64,000 bases of DNA. Source: Chiloscyllium plagiosum. Lineage: Eukaryota. Location of the stretch: NCBI RefSeq assembly GCF_004010195.1, contig NC_057756.1, positions 9,000,320 to 9,064,319 of the forward strand, in the 5' to 3' direction. The notes below the pieces were generated by a model that was not told where the DNA came from, made no database searches, and saw nothing but the letters and a program-made list of their open reading frames with translations. The position numbers were made by a program, and so were the translations under genes. Shown here in pieces: positions 49,623-62,619 of the stretch. The first letter of the stretch is position 1; every line of letters starts with the position of its first letter.

Positions 49623-51134
49623 CCTCGCAGGTGAGATGTCCCCTCATCAACTTACTGTTGATGGATAAGATGAGATCTGTGGCTGAGCACTGTGAGAGCC
49701 CGATTGGCATAAATCAGGTGAAAACATGGAGGATAATGTGGCAGGGTGAGGGCAATTTGCTTAAGGCTTCGCTGTTTACCCCATTTGGGGGAGCCCCAGG
49801 GGTCAATGGACTCCAGCTTCAGAGCATGGAAGGGTAAGGGAATCTCCTGACTGGGAGATTTATTCGAGGGAGAGATCTTGATGTCTTTCAACCAATTAAG
49901 TCAGAAATATAGAATTCCTAATAGGGACCTTTTCCGATACTTCCAGGTTAGGGATCATAGACAGAAGAAGACTACACCCTTCGCCCAGCCATACAAGTCA
50001 GTTATAGAGAGGAATACTTTGATGTGGGAGCATCTCTTGGTTAGTACCATATATTACCTACAGAGAGGGAATGCCTTGGGGGATATGGAGAGACTCCAGG
50101 GATCTGGAATCAGGAGTTAGGGGGAAGAAATCTCATTGGAAGCATGGGAGGATATATAGGGGAAATGTAAAGGAAATTTCTATGTGCAATAAGGCATAAG
50201 CGATGCAATTCAAGATCCTTCACAGGGCCCATATGGCGCCAGAGAGGTTAGCAAAGTTTAACAGGACACCCCCCACCCAGATCTTCTCCGAAATGCCCCG
50301 AATATAAAATCAGCATAGGCACCCTCACACATTGCTTTTGGTCCTGTTACAAGATTTGCAGATACTGGGCTGCCATAGTGAATGAGCTGGAGAAGATCCT
50401 GGGGAATTGAAGTTAAGGAGGATCCGGTATCCCTTCTTTTGGGATTACCGAATCTGTCCTCTCTGGATGAGCACAGGAGAGGTTATTTAACATTCTTACA
50501 CACTGTGTGGGGAAGAACATTGCAATGAATTGGATGTTAGAAAATCCTCCAGGTCTTGTGGGGTGACGCACACTTGTGATGGTGCACCTCCCCCATGGTG
50601 CAGCATAGAACAGAAATGGCAGCATAGATACAGACCTATCGGTGGATCTGATTAGGCTTTTATATATAGCTGCGAAGGCCGTATATGGTGGTCCGAGGGC
50701 CCCGGGGGTAGGGAAGGGGGGAGACCTAGTAAACGTGGGCATAAATAACTGTTGCTCCCATGGATGGGAGCTTCAGTGCAGGTGCGATAAGTGGAGCAAT
50801 GCAATGTAGTGCAATGTAATGTAATTTAATTTTATTGGATTGTAATTTAGTTTAATACAATTTCATTTAATTTGAGTTTATTTTAATTTGGGGTGTTAAG
50901 TTAAGTAAATATGAGACGATTGTACCTTGAAGAGTAGTAGGCAGATTATTGTTAACGTTATGAAAATGTGATATTATATCTACTTTTCTGTACTTCTGTA
51001 CTTTTATAACTTTTCGGTTCTTTTTGTAAAGGAGTATATATATATATATAAATAAATGCATGACACTAGAGGTAAGATATGAGTAATGTTTGAGGATTGG
51101 TTAGTGGGCTGAAAGCAGAGAGATAGAATAAATG

Positions 51135-51450
51135 GTGGGCAGCACAGTGGCACAGTGGTTAGCACTGCTGCCTCACAGTGCCAGAGACCCGGGTTCAATT
51201 CTCGCCTCAGGCGACTGTGTGGATTTTGCACTTTCTTCTCATGTCTGCTTGGGTTTCCTCTGGGTGCTCTGGTTTCCTCCCACAGTCCAAAAATGTGCAG
51301 GTGAGGTGAATTGGCCATGCTAAATTTCCCGTAGTATTAGGTGAAGGGGTAAATGTAGGGGAATGAGTCCGGGTGTATTGCGCTTCGGTGGTCGGTGTGG
51401 ACTTGTTGGGCCGAAGGGCATGTTTCCACACTGTAAGTAATCTAATCACA
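51135..51450 (+). mobile_element. HE1-type SINE
   Basis: Similarity to the other copies. Confidence 0.9.
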
Positions 51451-52217
51451 AAAAAATGGATAATTGTCAGGCTGTGTCCGGTGGGGATTAGTAAGGATCA
51501 ATGTTTAGGCCCCTGCACATCACAATCTACATCAATGTTTTGATGTGAGAACAATTGTATTATTTCCCAAGCATGTACATGAGGCAAAACTTGATGGGAA
51601 TATGAGTTGTGAGCAAGACGTAAAGGCACAGCAGAGAGATGTAGTCGGTTTGAGTGAGTCGACAAGAGCCTGAGAGATAGAATATAGTGTTGACAAGTAT
51701 GAAGTTGTCCCCTTTGATAGGAGGGTCAGCAGTGTAGAATATTTGTAAATTGGTGAGAGATTAGAAAGTGTTGACATCTAAAGGTATGCAGGTGTTCTCG
51801 TTAGTGAGTCACTGGAAGCTAACATACTGGTGCATCAATGGATATGGGAGTACTGCAGGAAAATGGCCATGATCTCAATGAATGGAGGAGCAGTCTGGAT
51901 GGGCCAAATGGCCTACTCTTGCACCTTTTCACGTCCTTATTTCACAGCTAGAATGGATTTAATATAAAGTTAGTTTTGTGGGATTCAGTGGAAGCCCACA
52001 GGACAAGCAAGGGTTAAATTAGACTTGATTAGACCAGGGTTGAGTCCTCAGCAGTTACTTTCAGGGCAAGAACAGTGGCCTTGTATTGCTAACTGGGGAA
52101 GTGGTCATAGAGGGAATGGGGGATCTTTAAAATGATTGAAGCACTTAGGCAAACAGCAAGGGGTAACTGCAGAGATCAGTTTCAAATGCCCTTGCTATAG
52201 AAATTGACATTGCTTTG

Positions 52218-52422
52218 GAATTCTGGATTAGTGGTGCTGGAAGAGCACAGCAGTTCAGGCAGCATCCAAGGAGCAGCGAAATCGATGTTTTGGGCAAAAG
52301 CCCTTCTTTGCCCGAAACGTCGATTTCACTGCTCCTTGGATGCTGCCTGAACTGCTGTGCTCTTCCAGCACCATTAATCCAGAATCTGGTTTCCAGCATC
52401 TGCAGTCATTGTTTTTACCTCA
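52218..52422. mobile_element. Fold-back family A element
   Basis: Near-perfect inverted arms ggattagtggtgctggaagagcacagcagttcaggcagcatccaaggagc; flanking CATTGCTTT(G/A)GAATT duplicated. Confidence 0.85.
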
Positions 52423-52577
52423 TTGCTTTAGAATTGACATTCCTATAGAAATTAACTTTGCGAGAGAAATTGACATTGTGAGAGACTTGACAAATACAGT
52501 TACACCCAAACCACAGAAACCACAAGAGTATAAGAATGTGAGCCATGATCCAACAGAGAAATCTGCCTTTTAACATC

Positions 52578-53085
52578 AGAGGAAGGGTCCTGGGGAAGGG
52601 TTACACCTGAAACGTCAAATTATCCACCTCCTGGTGCTGCCTGCCTTGCTGTGTTGCCCCAGCCTGCTGCCTGTCCCTCCTGATGCTGCCTGGCTTGCTG
52701 TGTTCTCCTAGGGAAGGGTCCTGGGGAAGGGTTACACCTGAAACGTCAAATTATCCACCTCCTGGTGCTGCCTGCCTTGCTGTGTTGCCCCAGCCTCCTG
52801 CCTGTCCCTCCTGATGCTGCCTGGCTTGCTGTATTTTTCCAGCCTCCTGCCTGTTCCTCCTGATGCTGCCTGGCTTGCTGTGTTCTCCTAGCCTCCTGCT
52901 TGTCCCTCCTGATGCTGCCTGGCTTGCTGCATTTTTCCAGCCTCCTGCCTGTCCAACCTGATGCTGCCTGGCTTTCTGTGATCTTCCAGCCTCCTGCCCG
53001 TCCCTCCTGGTGCTGCCTGGCTTGCTGTGTTCTTCCAGCCTCCTGCCTGGGGCTATTTCAGATCCTAGCATTTGCAGTTTTTTTT
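52578..53085 (+). repeat. Approx. 49-bp minisatellite derived from a Penelope-type tail, with an approx. 131-bp higher-order duplication
   Basis: gatgctgcctggcttgctgt...cagcctcctgcctgtccctcct repeated at 52813, 52862, 52911 and 52960. Confidence 0.9.
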
Positions 53086-54029
53086 GTCTTTTAACATCTA
53101 AGCAGCAGCCTTGCACCATCAATGTAGTTGTCTCGTTTTTGCAATTGTACCATCCATGTAACTGCCACACTTCTGCAATAAAGAATACATTGTGTAGTTC
53201 CCGTCCCCGGTTTTTCCTATTCCCAGGGGAAACGAGTACCGAACAGTAACTTTAACTGCAAACTTCATGTCAGTGGGAAAACTGAGTTAGTCTTTTTACA
53301 TTAACTGTTAGACCTGGTGTATTTGACCCCGCAGTGAAATCAAGCATTTGAATAATCATCTGACAATACTGAATGGGATGTGTTGGCCATGATCAAAATG
53401 AGGCAGTAGAGGGAACTGCAGATGCTAGAGATTAGGGTCAAGATTAGAGTGGGGCTGCCTGACCTGCTGTGCCTTTGCAGCACCACTCTAATCTTGACCA
53501 GGATCAAAATGAGTCTTTTCGTCTATTGCAAGTGTCAGTCCCGAAATCTCCACTGACACCATTAAGGTGAAGTGTATAAACGTCCTCATCAGTGACCCTT
53601 CCCTCTGTGTGGTGTGTTGTTAAATTTTTCCATTGATCGGCAGTTTTCATGTTTATACACAAAAGATTTTGATAAGATCTGGTCATTGGACGGGGCTAAT
53701 CTGGCGTAGAATGTTGTCATTTTTTTTGGTGAAAACTGATTATTTTACCTTTGGTATCTATAGTGGCAAAAGAGAAACTAGGTCCCTATTATAGAAAGTG
53801 ATGCTTGTAGATGGGCTGTGCAGATGAGGGTTTATTAACTATTTGACCTGAGGAGGCTGGTACAATTACAGCATTTAAAAGGCATCTCGATGGGTATATG
53901 AATAGGCCGGGTGCTGGCAGGTGGGACTAGATTAGGTTGGGATATCAGGTTGGCATGGAGGAGTTGGACCGAAAGGTCTGTTTCCATGCTGTACATTTAT
54001 GACTCCATGCCAACGCAGTTTTAAAAAAA

Positions 54030-54600
54030 ACTATGCTGGCCACACCCTGACGTTCTGGCTGGGAATTCATTCTGACGTTACTATCGTTCTTTGTGTGTGA
54101 ACAGGAAGGCACAGTCTGTTTGGCATCACGTTTGAGTTCTCAATATCCATTTACTTGCCACCAAATACAATATTACAATGATATAATTTAAGATGGAAAT
54201 TGGCTGATATAAAGGAAAAATGTAAATTGAAGAATTATTTAGAAATAACATCGAGTTGGATGTATTCAAAAATATTCACCTTTCGATAAATATTTCAATT
54301 GGCGGGAGTTATTATATTGACATCCACACGGTTTTGATGTATTCTGTTATTAGCCGGGTGGATTTCACAAACACATTTGTTGCTGTTATTTTTACAGATT
54401 GGATGTGAGAATTGAGAGGTGTAGATTTTACCTGAATAGCTCAGCTTCAGGAGAGACAGCTCAGAACTAATCCTACCCTTGTGGATTCTGGTTGTGAAAT
54501 GTAGACTTTCACTTTACCTCCCTCTTAGTTAAGGGTTGGAACCAGGATCTAAAAATGTCCACTGTTTGAATTAAATTGAATGATCCAATTAGATATTCTC
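54030..54600 (+). repeat. Old paralogous non-TE block (partner about 61775-62360)
   Basis: Collinear matches: ggaaat(t/g)ggctgat; gag(t/c)tggatgtat; gtgagaattga(g/c)agg...agattttacctgaat; gtggattctg(g/a)ttgtga; ccaatta. Confidence 0.75.
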
Positions 54601-54619
54601 CCCACCGCGTAATTTCATA

Positions 54620-56520
54620 GTAATAGGAGTAGGCCATTTGGCCCATCGGACCTGCTCCTCCATTCATTAAGATCATGGCTGATCTGTTCTCATCTATCCT
54701 GATGAAGAGCTTATGCTTGAATGTTGATTCTCCTGCTCCTCGGATGCTGTCTGACTGGCTGTGCTTTTCCAGCACCACACTCTTGACTCTGATCTCTCCA
54801 TCGTCTCAGCTCCTGCTACCTGCATTTTGCCCGTAACCCTTAATTCCCCTACCATGCAAAAACCCATTCAACTGTGTTTTGAATATATTTAATGAAGCTG
54901 CCTCTATTGCTTCCTTGGGCAGGAAGTTCCACTGATTCACTACTCTTTGGGAAAAGCAGTTCCTCCTCATCTCTGTCCTAAATCTACTCTCCCTAATCTT
55001 GAGGCCATGTCCCCTCATCCTAGTCTCACCCACCAGTGAAAACAACCTGCCTGCCTCTATCTTATCTCTCCCTTTCATAATTTTCTGTTTCTAAAAGTAC
55101 CCTCTCATTCTTCTAAACTTTAGCAAGTACAGTCCCAGGCAGCTCAACCTCTCCTCAATGGGTAACCCCCTCAACTCCGGAATTAACCTGGTGAAACCTC
55201 TCTGCACCGCCTCCAAAGCCAGTATATCCTTCCTTAAGTAAGGAGACCAGAACTGCACACACAATACTCCAGGTACTGCCTCACTAACTCCTTGTACAGA
55301 ATGTCCCTGCTCTTAAATTCAATCCTTCTAGCAATGAAAACCAGTGTGCTGTTTGTCTTCAAATTTCTGCAAATTCACCTGCAAATCAAATTTCTGTGAT
55401 TTATGTATGAGTACTCCTAAGTCCCTCTGCACAACATCATGCTGCAATCTTTTACCATTTAAATAATACTCTGACCTACTATTTGTACTCCCAGAGTGGA
55501 TAACCTCACATTTACCACCATTGTATTCCATCTGCCAGACCCTTGCCCACTCACGTAACCTATCTAAATCTCTCTGCAGACCCTCCACATCCTCTGCACA
55601 GTTTGCCTTTCCACTCAATTTAGTGTCATCAGCAAACCTGGATATGGTACACTCGCTTTCCTCTTCCAAGCCATTAAAAATAGGATGAACAGTTGTAGGC
55701 CCAACACCAACCTCTGTGGCACCCCACCCACCACTGATGTCCAACAGAAAAACACCTATTTACCCCAACTCTCTATTTTCTATTGGTTAACCAATCCTCT
55801 CTCCATGCTAGTACATTCCCCACACTTCATGCATTCTTATCTTATGGATGACACTTTTATGCGGCACCTTATTGAATGCCTTCTGGAAATCAAGTCTACA
55901 ACATCTACCTGTTCCCCTCCAATCACCATGCTTGTTACATCCTCAAGAACTCCAGTAAGTTTGTCAAACACAACCTTCTCTTCTTGAATCCATGCTGCAT
56001 CTGCCTGATGGAACCCTTTCCATCCAGGTGTCTCACTATTTCTTCATTAATGTTAGCCTTCAGTATTTTTCCAACTACAGATGTTCAACTGACTGGCCTA
56101 TAATTACCTGCCTTTTATCTACACCCTTTTTTAAACAGCGGTGTAACATTCGCTGTCTTCCAGTCTGCTGGGACCTGCCCGGAGACAACTGAATTTTGGT
56201 AAATCACCACTAATGCACCTACTATCACTTCCACCATTTCTTTCAGCATCCTGGACCAGGGGATCTATCTACCTTTTGACCCACAAGTTTGCTCAACACT
56301 ACCCCTTTAGTGATAACAATTGAATCGAGGTCCTCACCTTCCATCGGATCCTTAATATCATTCTTTTGCAAGTTAGATACATCTTCCATTGTTAAGACCG
56401 ACACAAAATATTCAAGGCCTTGGCCATTTCAGAATTACACAATGTTAAATCCCCTTTCTCATCCTGCAAGGGACCTACGTCCACTTTAGCCACTCTATTC
56501 CATTTTATATATTTATAACA
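54620..56520 (-). mobile_element. CR1 ORF2 fragment with a nested family A piece (54698-54800)
   Basis: SRFADDTKLSG, QRDLGV, MRGHGLKI. Confidence 0.88.
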
Positions 56521-57119
56521 CATTTTCCTATCTATCTGTTTTCATATTCTGTGCTAACATGCATTCATAATCTTGAATTTTGGGACGATTAAGAACGCAA
56601 GGGAGTACACTTTGGATGTAGGACCTGAGGAAGTACAGAGGAACTCAGGAATGTTGGTGTGAGTGTCCACAAACCTTTGAAGAAAGCCAGAGAGATAAAT
56701 AGTGGGTTACAAGGCAAATGGATTCTTGCCTTTATGACTATAACCTTCAAGAGCAGGGAGGTGATGATGAAGACATACAGTATAAATATATTAATTCGGT
56801 AATGATTAGCCTACTGTGTGCAGTTCCAGTATGTGATTGCACTAGTGGAGCTGTAGAGGAAATTAACCAGGACTTTGCCTGGGCTGGAGTAATTCAGATA
56901 TGAAGAGAGACTTGATAGGCTGCAGTTATTCTCCTTAAAGCAAGAAGTCTGGGGGAGGGAGGAATCTGATTCAGGTGTAGGAAGTTCTGATAGGTCTAGA
57001 CATGATAGATAGGGAGAAACATTTCCCCTTCGTGGGGAGGAGCGAGTGTTAATAACCAGGGAACGCAGTTTTAAAGTGAGGGGCAGGAGGGTATTTGAGG
57101 ATTTTTTTTCATGTAGAGG

Positions 57120-58365
57120 ATTTGATTTAATTTATAGTCATGTGTACCTCAGTACAGTGAGAAGTTTTGATTACGAGCTGTACAGGCAGATCATAGTGAG
57201 CAAGAAGATGGAAATCATAGGGTGAGAGAAAAGAAAACTTGGACAGAAAAAGGCATGCAGCTTACACCTCACAGGAGGTGTGCGAGGCAGGATCAACCTT
57301 AACAAAGATCAGTACTACTTGAAGTTCGAGAGTCCATTTGTCAGTCTGATAACAGCAGGGAAGAAACTGTCCTTCAACCTGCTGGTGCGCGTGTTCAAGC
57401 TTCTGTATCTTCTGCCTGATGAGAAAGGAGAACATTACAGGGGTGGGATGGGTCTTTGATGATATGGGCAGTCTTTCCGTGGCAACAAGAGGTATAAATG
57501 GAGTCAATGGATGGAAGGTTAGTTTCCGTGATGGTCTGGGCTCTGCACATAACCTTCTGAAGTTTCATACAGTCTTGTTCAGAGCAGTTGCCACACCAGG
57601 CTGTGATGGAGCTGGACAGTACACTCTCAATGGGGCATCTGTAGAAGTCAGTGAGGGTCCTTATGGACAGGCCAGATTTCCCGAGGCTGCTAAGAAAGAA
57701 GCATTGTCGTGCCTTCTGGACCGTCACATCTACATGGAAGGTCCAGGACAGACTGTTAGTTATCGTCACTCTGAGGGACTTAGGGGGAGGCAATGGCCTA
57801 GTGGTATCATCGCTAGACTGTTAATGCAGAGACCCGGGTAATGTTCTGGGGACCAGGGTTTGAATCCCACCACGGCAGATGGTGGAATTTGAACTCAGTA
57901 AAATCTGGAACTAAGAGTCTAATGATGACCATGAATCCATTGTTGATTGTTGGGAAAACCCATCTGGTTCACTAATGTCCTTTAGGGAAAGAAACTGCAA
58001 TCCTTACCTGGTCTGGCCTACATGTGACTCCAGACACAGCAATGTGGTTAACTGTTAACCTACTCTGGGCAATTAGGGACGGGCAGCAAATGCTGCCCAG
58101 CCAGCAACACCCTCATCCCATGAGTGAAAAAAAGTTGACTCTCGACCTCCACTCCGTTTATGTAGATGTGGGTGTGTTCTCATCCTTTCTTTCTGAAGTC
58201 AATGTTCAGTTACTTAGGGGTTTTGCCGATATTGAGATAGGGCTCGTTATTATTGCATCACATCAGCAAGCCCTCTATCTCCTGTTTGTATTCTAACTCA
58301 TCATTGTTTGATATCCGTCCTACCACAGTGGTGCCATCTGCAAACTTGTAGATGGTGTTTGTTCA
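57120..58365 (-). mobile_element. Rex1/Babar-type LINE 3' part
   Basis: ITNSLSWTFHV..KARQ..FYRCPIESVLSSSITAWCGN..LQKV..IIKDPSHP. Confidence 0.8.
57783..58135 (+). mobile_element. tRNA-headed SINE of a second family, nested in the Rex1 element
   Basis: A-box tggcctagtgg, B-box-like gtttgaatccc, 3' end shared with the LINE end at about 15000. Confidence 0.8.
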
Positions 58366-58529
58366 GTTGATGGTTATCTGGAACTCCCTGCCTTAAAGAG
58401 TGGTTGAGGTAGACACCTTCAAGGCTTAAGAACTAATTATAAAAAGATCTGAAGTGTCATTGTATGTAGGGCAAGTGCTGCCAAATGGGTTTGGAATAGA
58501 TAGATATTTGATGGTGGACAGATTAGGGG

Positions 58530-59352
58530 CAGTCAGCATAAATTGTCCAAGGGAAATCATGCCTCATGAACTTGATTGAGTTTTTGAGGACTGATGAGGG
58601 CAGAGCAGTGGTCATGAACTATATGGACTTCAGTAAGGCTTTGAACAATGTTCCTGATGGAAGACTGGTTAGCAAGGTTAGATTACGTGGAATAAAGGGA
58701 GAACTAGCCAGTTGGTTAAAGCACTGGCTCATGGATAGAAAACAGAAGGTGGTGGTGGAGGATTTCTGTGACTGGAGACCTGTGACCAGTGGAGTGCCAC
58801 AAAGATTGGTCCCGGGTCCACTGTTTTTTGTCAGTTATATAAATGATTTGGATATGAACATGCGGTATGTGGTTAGTAAGTTTGTAGATGATACCAAAAT
58901 TGGAGGTGTAGTGGACAGTGAAGGTTACCTAAGAGTACAATGGCATCTTGATCAGATGAATCAATGGGCTGAGTGGCAGATGGAGTTTAATTTGGACAAA
59001 TGTGAGGTGCTGCGTTTTGGAAAGGCAAATCAGGGCAAGACTTGTACACTTAATGGTAAGGTCCTGGGGAGAGTTGCTGAACCAAGAGACCTTGGAGTTC
59101 ATAGTTCCTTGAAAGTAGAGTCGCAGGTTGATAGGATAGTGAAGAAAGTGTTTGGTAGCTTGCCTTTATTGATCAGTGCATATAGTATAGGAGTTGGGAG
59201 TTCATGGTGCGGCTGTTCAAGACATTGGTTAGGCCACTGTTGGGAGTACTGTGTGCAATTCTGGTATGCTGTGAAACTTGAAAGAGTTCAGAAAAGATTC
59301 ACAAGGATGTTGCCAAGGTTGGAAGATTTGAGCTGTAAGGAGAGGTTGTACA
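58530..59352 (+). mobile_element. CR1 ORF2 RT fragment
   Basis: YMDFSKA, SGVPQ, SKFVDDTKIGG, RVQKRFTRMLP. Confidence 0.9.
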
Positions 59353-60148
59353 GGATGGTACGGTGGCTCAGTGCTTAGCACTGTTGCCTCACAGCACCAG
59401 GGATCCAGGTTCAAATGACAACACCCTCAGAGCCCTCCACTATCACCTGATGAAGGAGCATCGCTCCTAAAGCTAGTGTGCTTCCAATGAAACCTGTTGG
59501 ACTATAACCTGGTGGTGTGTGATTTTTAACTTTGTACCTTGAAGACATTCTCTTCCTCTCTCTACAAGAATCTCAGTGAGTCTCTCTCTCTCTCACTCAC
59601 TCACTGCAACCCCCAGGTCATCTCCTTTGCTCCGAAGTTCTTCAACATGTACTGACCAGCTCAGCACCAGGAGTTGGGAGTTCATGTGCGGCTGTTCAAG
59701 ACATTGGTTAGGCCACTGTTGGGAGTACTGTGTGCAATTCTGGTATGCTGTGAAACTTGAAAGAGTTCAGAAAAGATTCACAAGGATGTTGCCAAGACTG
59801 GAAGATTTGAGGTGTAGGGAGAGGTTGTACAGGATGGTACGGTGGCTCAGTGCTTAGCACTGTTGCCTCACAGCACCAGGGATCCAGGTTCAAATGACAA
59901 CACCCTCAGAGCCCTCCATTATCACCTGATGAAGGAGCATCGCTCCTAAAGCTAGTGTGCTTCCAATGAAACCTGTTGGACTATAACCTGGTGGTGTGTG
60001 ATTTTTAACTTTGTACCTTGAAGACATTCTCTTCCTCTCTCTACAAGAATCTCAGTGAGTCTCTCTCTCTCTCACTCACTCACTGCAACCCCCAGGTCAT
60101 CTCCTTTGCTCCGAAGTTCTTCAACATGTACTGACCAGCTCAGCACCA
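59189..60148 (+). repeat. Near-perfect approx. 480-bp tandem duplication (CR1 piece + SINE head + family B tail)
   Basis: aggagttgggagttcatg at 59189 and 59669; both copies end tgaccagctcagcacc. Confidence 0.95.
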
Positions 60149-60149
60149 C

Positions 60150-60385
60150 CCTCACTACCTGTCGGACCTGCCAATCTTCCTTCCCACATTTCCGCTCCAC
60201 CCTCCTCTCCGACCTATCACCTTTACCCCACCTCCAGTCACCTATTGCACTCTTTGCTACCTTCTCCCCCCCCCCCCCCCCCCCCCTGCCTCATTCCCGA
60301 TGAAGGGCATTTGCCCGAAACGTCGATTTTCCTGCTTCTCGGATGCTGCCTGACCTGCTGTGCTTTTCCAGCACCACTGTGATCT
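60150..60385 (+). mobile_element. Penelope-type 3' region with family A tail
   Basis: C-rich tract followed by cattcccgatgaagggcatttgcccgaaacgtcgatttt. Confidence 0.75.
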
Positions 60386-60459
60386 TTGCTCTAAGACTGG
60401 TGACTCCGAACATGTTCTGGGTCAGTGATGAATATTTACTGTTTGAGGAAATGAAGGGA

Positions 60460-60665
60460 GTCAGAATGGTGGGGGGGCGGGGGGGTGATCGGTTCTTTTC
60501 ACCTTCGGACCGGGTTTTGTCTATTTCAGTAAATGCCGCGTTCGGCTGGATTCAGACTTGGCCTGTTCAGTCAGCGACTGCGTAGTCCCGTTTGAACAGC
60601 GGGTTTAATTTAACAATAATCGGGTTATTTTAAACACTGTAGGGGATCCTGTGAGGTATGGAAAA
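60460..60665. promoter_or_regulatory. Small CpG-enriched promoter-like patch
   Basis: GGGGCGGGG GC box at about 60474, many CpGs, possible donor GAG|GTATGG at about 60655. Confidence 0.35.
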
Positions 60666-62619
60666 AGTAAACACCCAAAAATTCCTTGCAACAAAATCCT
60701 TATTTATCTAAACGAAAAACTTCAAGCTAAAAAGGAATCTTATTTAAATTTGTAAACGATATTTCTGTTTCATGTTTTAAGAAATGACGCTAAGTAATTT
60801 ATTTATCCGCGCACTTTGAACGGAATACCAAATAATTTTACTGCTCCTCGGATGCTGCCTGAATTGCTGTGCTCTTCCAGCACCACTAATCCCGAACCTG
60901 GTTTCCAGCATCTGCAGTCATTGTTTTTAACCTACCAATTGATTGCCGAATGTGTATTTGATTTTGGAAGAGTCCAAGGCAGTAGTAAACAGGCGGGTGG
61001 CGCTGGGTTCTCTGATTTTTTTTTGGTAACAGGAAATGTAAAACTGATGGCGCTAGTTTCAGCTGTAGATAGAAAATGGAGGTGGTGGATTGGGGGATTG
61101 TGCTTTACAAAGCAAATATATTTAATATAGAATATAAAATATCAAACAACCAGCTGATGAAGAAGCAGCGCTCCGAGAGATAGTGTTTCCAAATAAACCT
61201 GTTGGACTATAGCCTGATGTTATGTAATTTTTAACTTGACAAAATATAGCTTTAACTGAAAACTCTATGTCAATCCGAAATAGAGATTATAACTGTCAAA
61301 CACTCACTATTTGGACAATCTGATGTGTTTAAGCCTGTATTTGTACAGTGTCTCCTATATTTTAAATGCCTGAAATTTAATAAGATAGGGAGCCCTTCAT
61401 TCCGGATGAAGGGCTTTTGCCCGAAACGTCGATTTTCCTGCACCTCTGATGCTGCCTGAACTGCTGTGCTTTTCCCGCACCACTCCAATCTAGAATCTGA
61501 CCTCTAGCATCTGCAGTGCTCACTTATGCCTAGCGTACATCTATATAACGTACATCTGTACACCATTACAAGTTTCACTGACGAATCGTGCCCTAATGGA
61601 GTCTGTAAACATTGGTTCCGCTTTGTTAAAGTCAGTTCTTTGGGTCGGTCTGAATTTAAACTCGAAGTCGGTAAGGTATTGAGAGAACTCACATTGGCGA
61701 ATGTAGTGGGAAGGGGATATTTAAATGGAGTTTATCCAGGCGGCACATCATAACAGGTTCAGGTCTCGCTGCATTGACCACACTCCGTGGACTGGACGGG
61801 AATGAATTCCGAGCGGAATGTGAGGCTGAGATTGTCCGACCCGAGTGATTATGTTACCGTTTAGATCTGAACCTGTATTTGGAAGACGCCAAGAATGATC
61901 TTTTTGATTATATAACGTACAAAGAAGGAAATGGGCTGATTTTAAGCTGAAAGATTTAATTGGAGTGGTATTTGGAAACTATCACTGAGCTGGATGTATC
62001 TGAAGAATTCGGTGAGAGACCCTCTCCCCGGGATCCCCTGTCTGTGCTTTATCTATAAATATTTCCCTTAATTGGAATCTGTTTGTATGAGCACGGCAAG
62101 ATTTTTGGCAAGACCTGATCATTGGTCAGGACGAATCTGCTGTCCGTTCTGATGCTGTTTTTGTCCAGACTGATTGTGAGAATTGACAGGTTGAGATTTT
62201 ACCTGAATGAGTCTACTTCAGTGTAGAAAGCTGAGATTTTCAGAAGTGGATTCTGATTGTGATCTGAACATTTTTACTTTATTCAGTTGAGAGTGGGAAG
62301 CAAGCTAAAGAGATACCCAATGATTTATGTGAAAATTTGAATTCTCCAATTAAGCAATTTTACTCTTTTATACTCTCCATATTCCAGAGTCAATATTAAC
62401 CGTTCCGTTCCGAAAAGAGAAATTTAGTGAGTGTATGGTTGAATTTAACTAACTTTTGGTGGGAAATGAACAATGGACAACTAAACAGTAAAATGTTCAA
62501 TTTTATTTCAGAATTCCATTCAGCTGAACATTGTTTTAGACTGGCAGGAATGGTCAGATTATTCCCATTTATATCCTGTGCAAGGATTTATCAAATCCTA
62601 ATCCAATATTTTGAATTGG

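Larger units (their letters stand above)
46028..51058 (+). mobile_element. Rearranged near-full-length L1-clade LINE (5' UTR, ORF1, broken ORF2, 3' UTR) inside an old CR1
   Basis: 5' AAGATGGCGG; ORF1 coiled coil ...VDDLEN*GRRKNL; ORF2 LQETH (endonuclease), DQTGFI, RGSRQGCPLSPLLF, GTLTHCFWSC; host CR1 resumes at about 51060. Confidence 0.88.

Noticed and set aside
52751..53170. 139-aa repetitive ORF or CRISPR-like array
   Set aside because: Minisatellite with no unique spacers, in vertebrate DNA.
58566..59378. 270-aa ORF as a host gene
   Set aside because: Degenerate CR1 reverse transcriptase.
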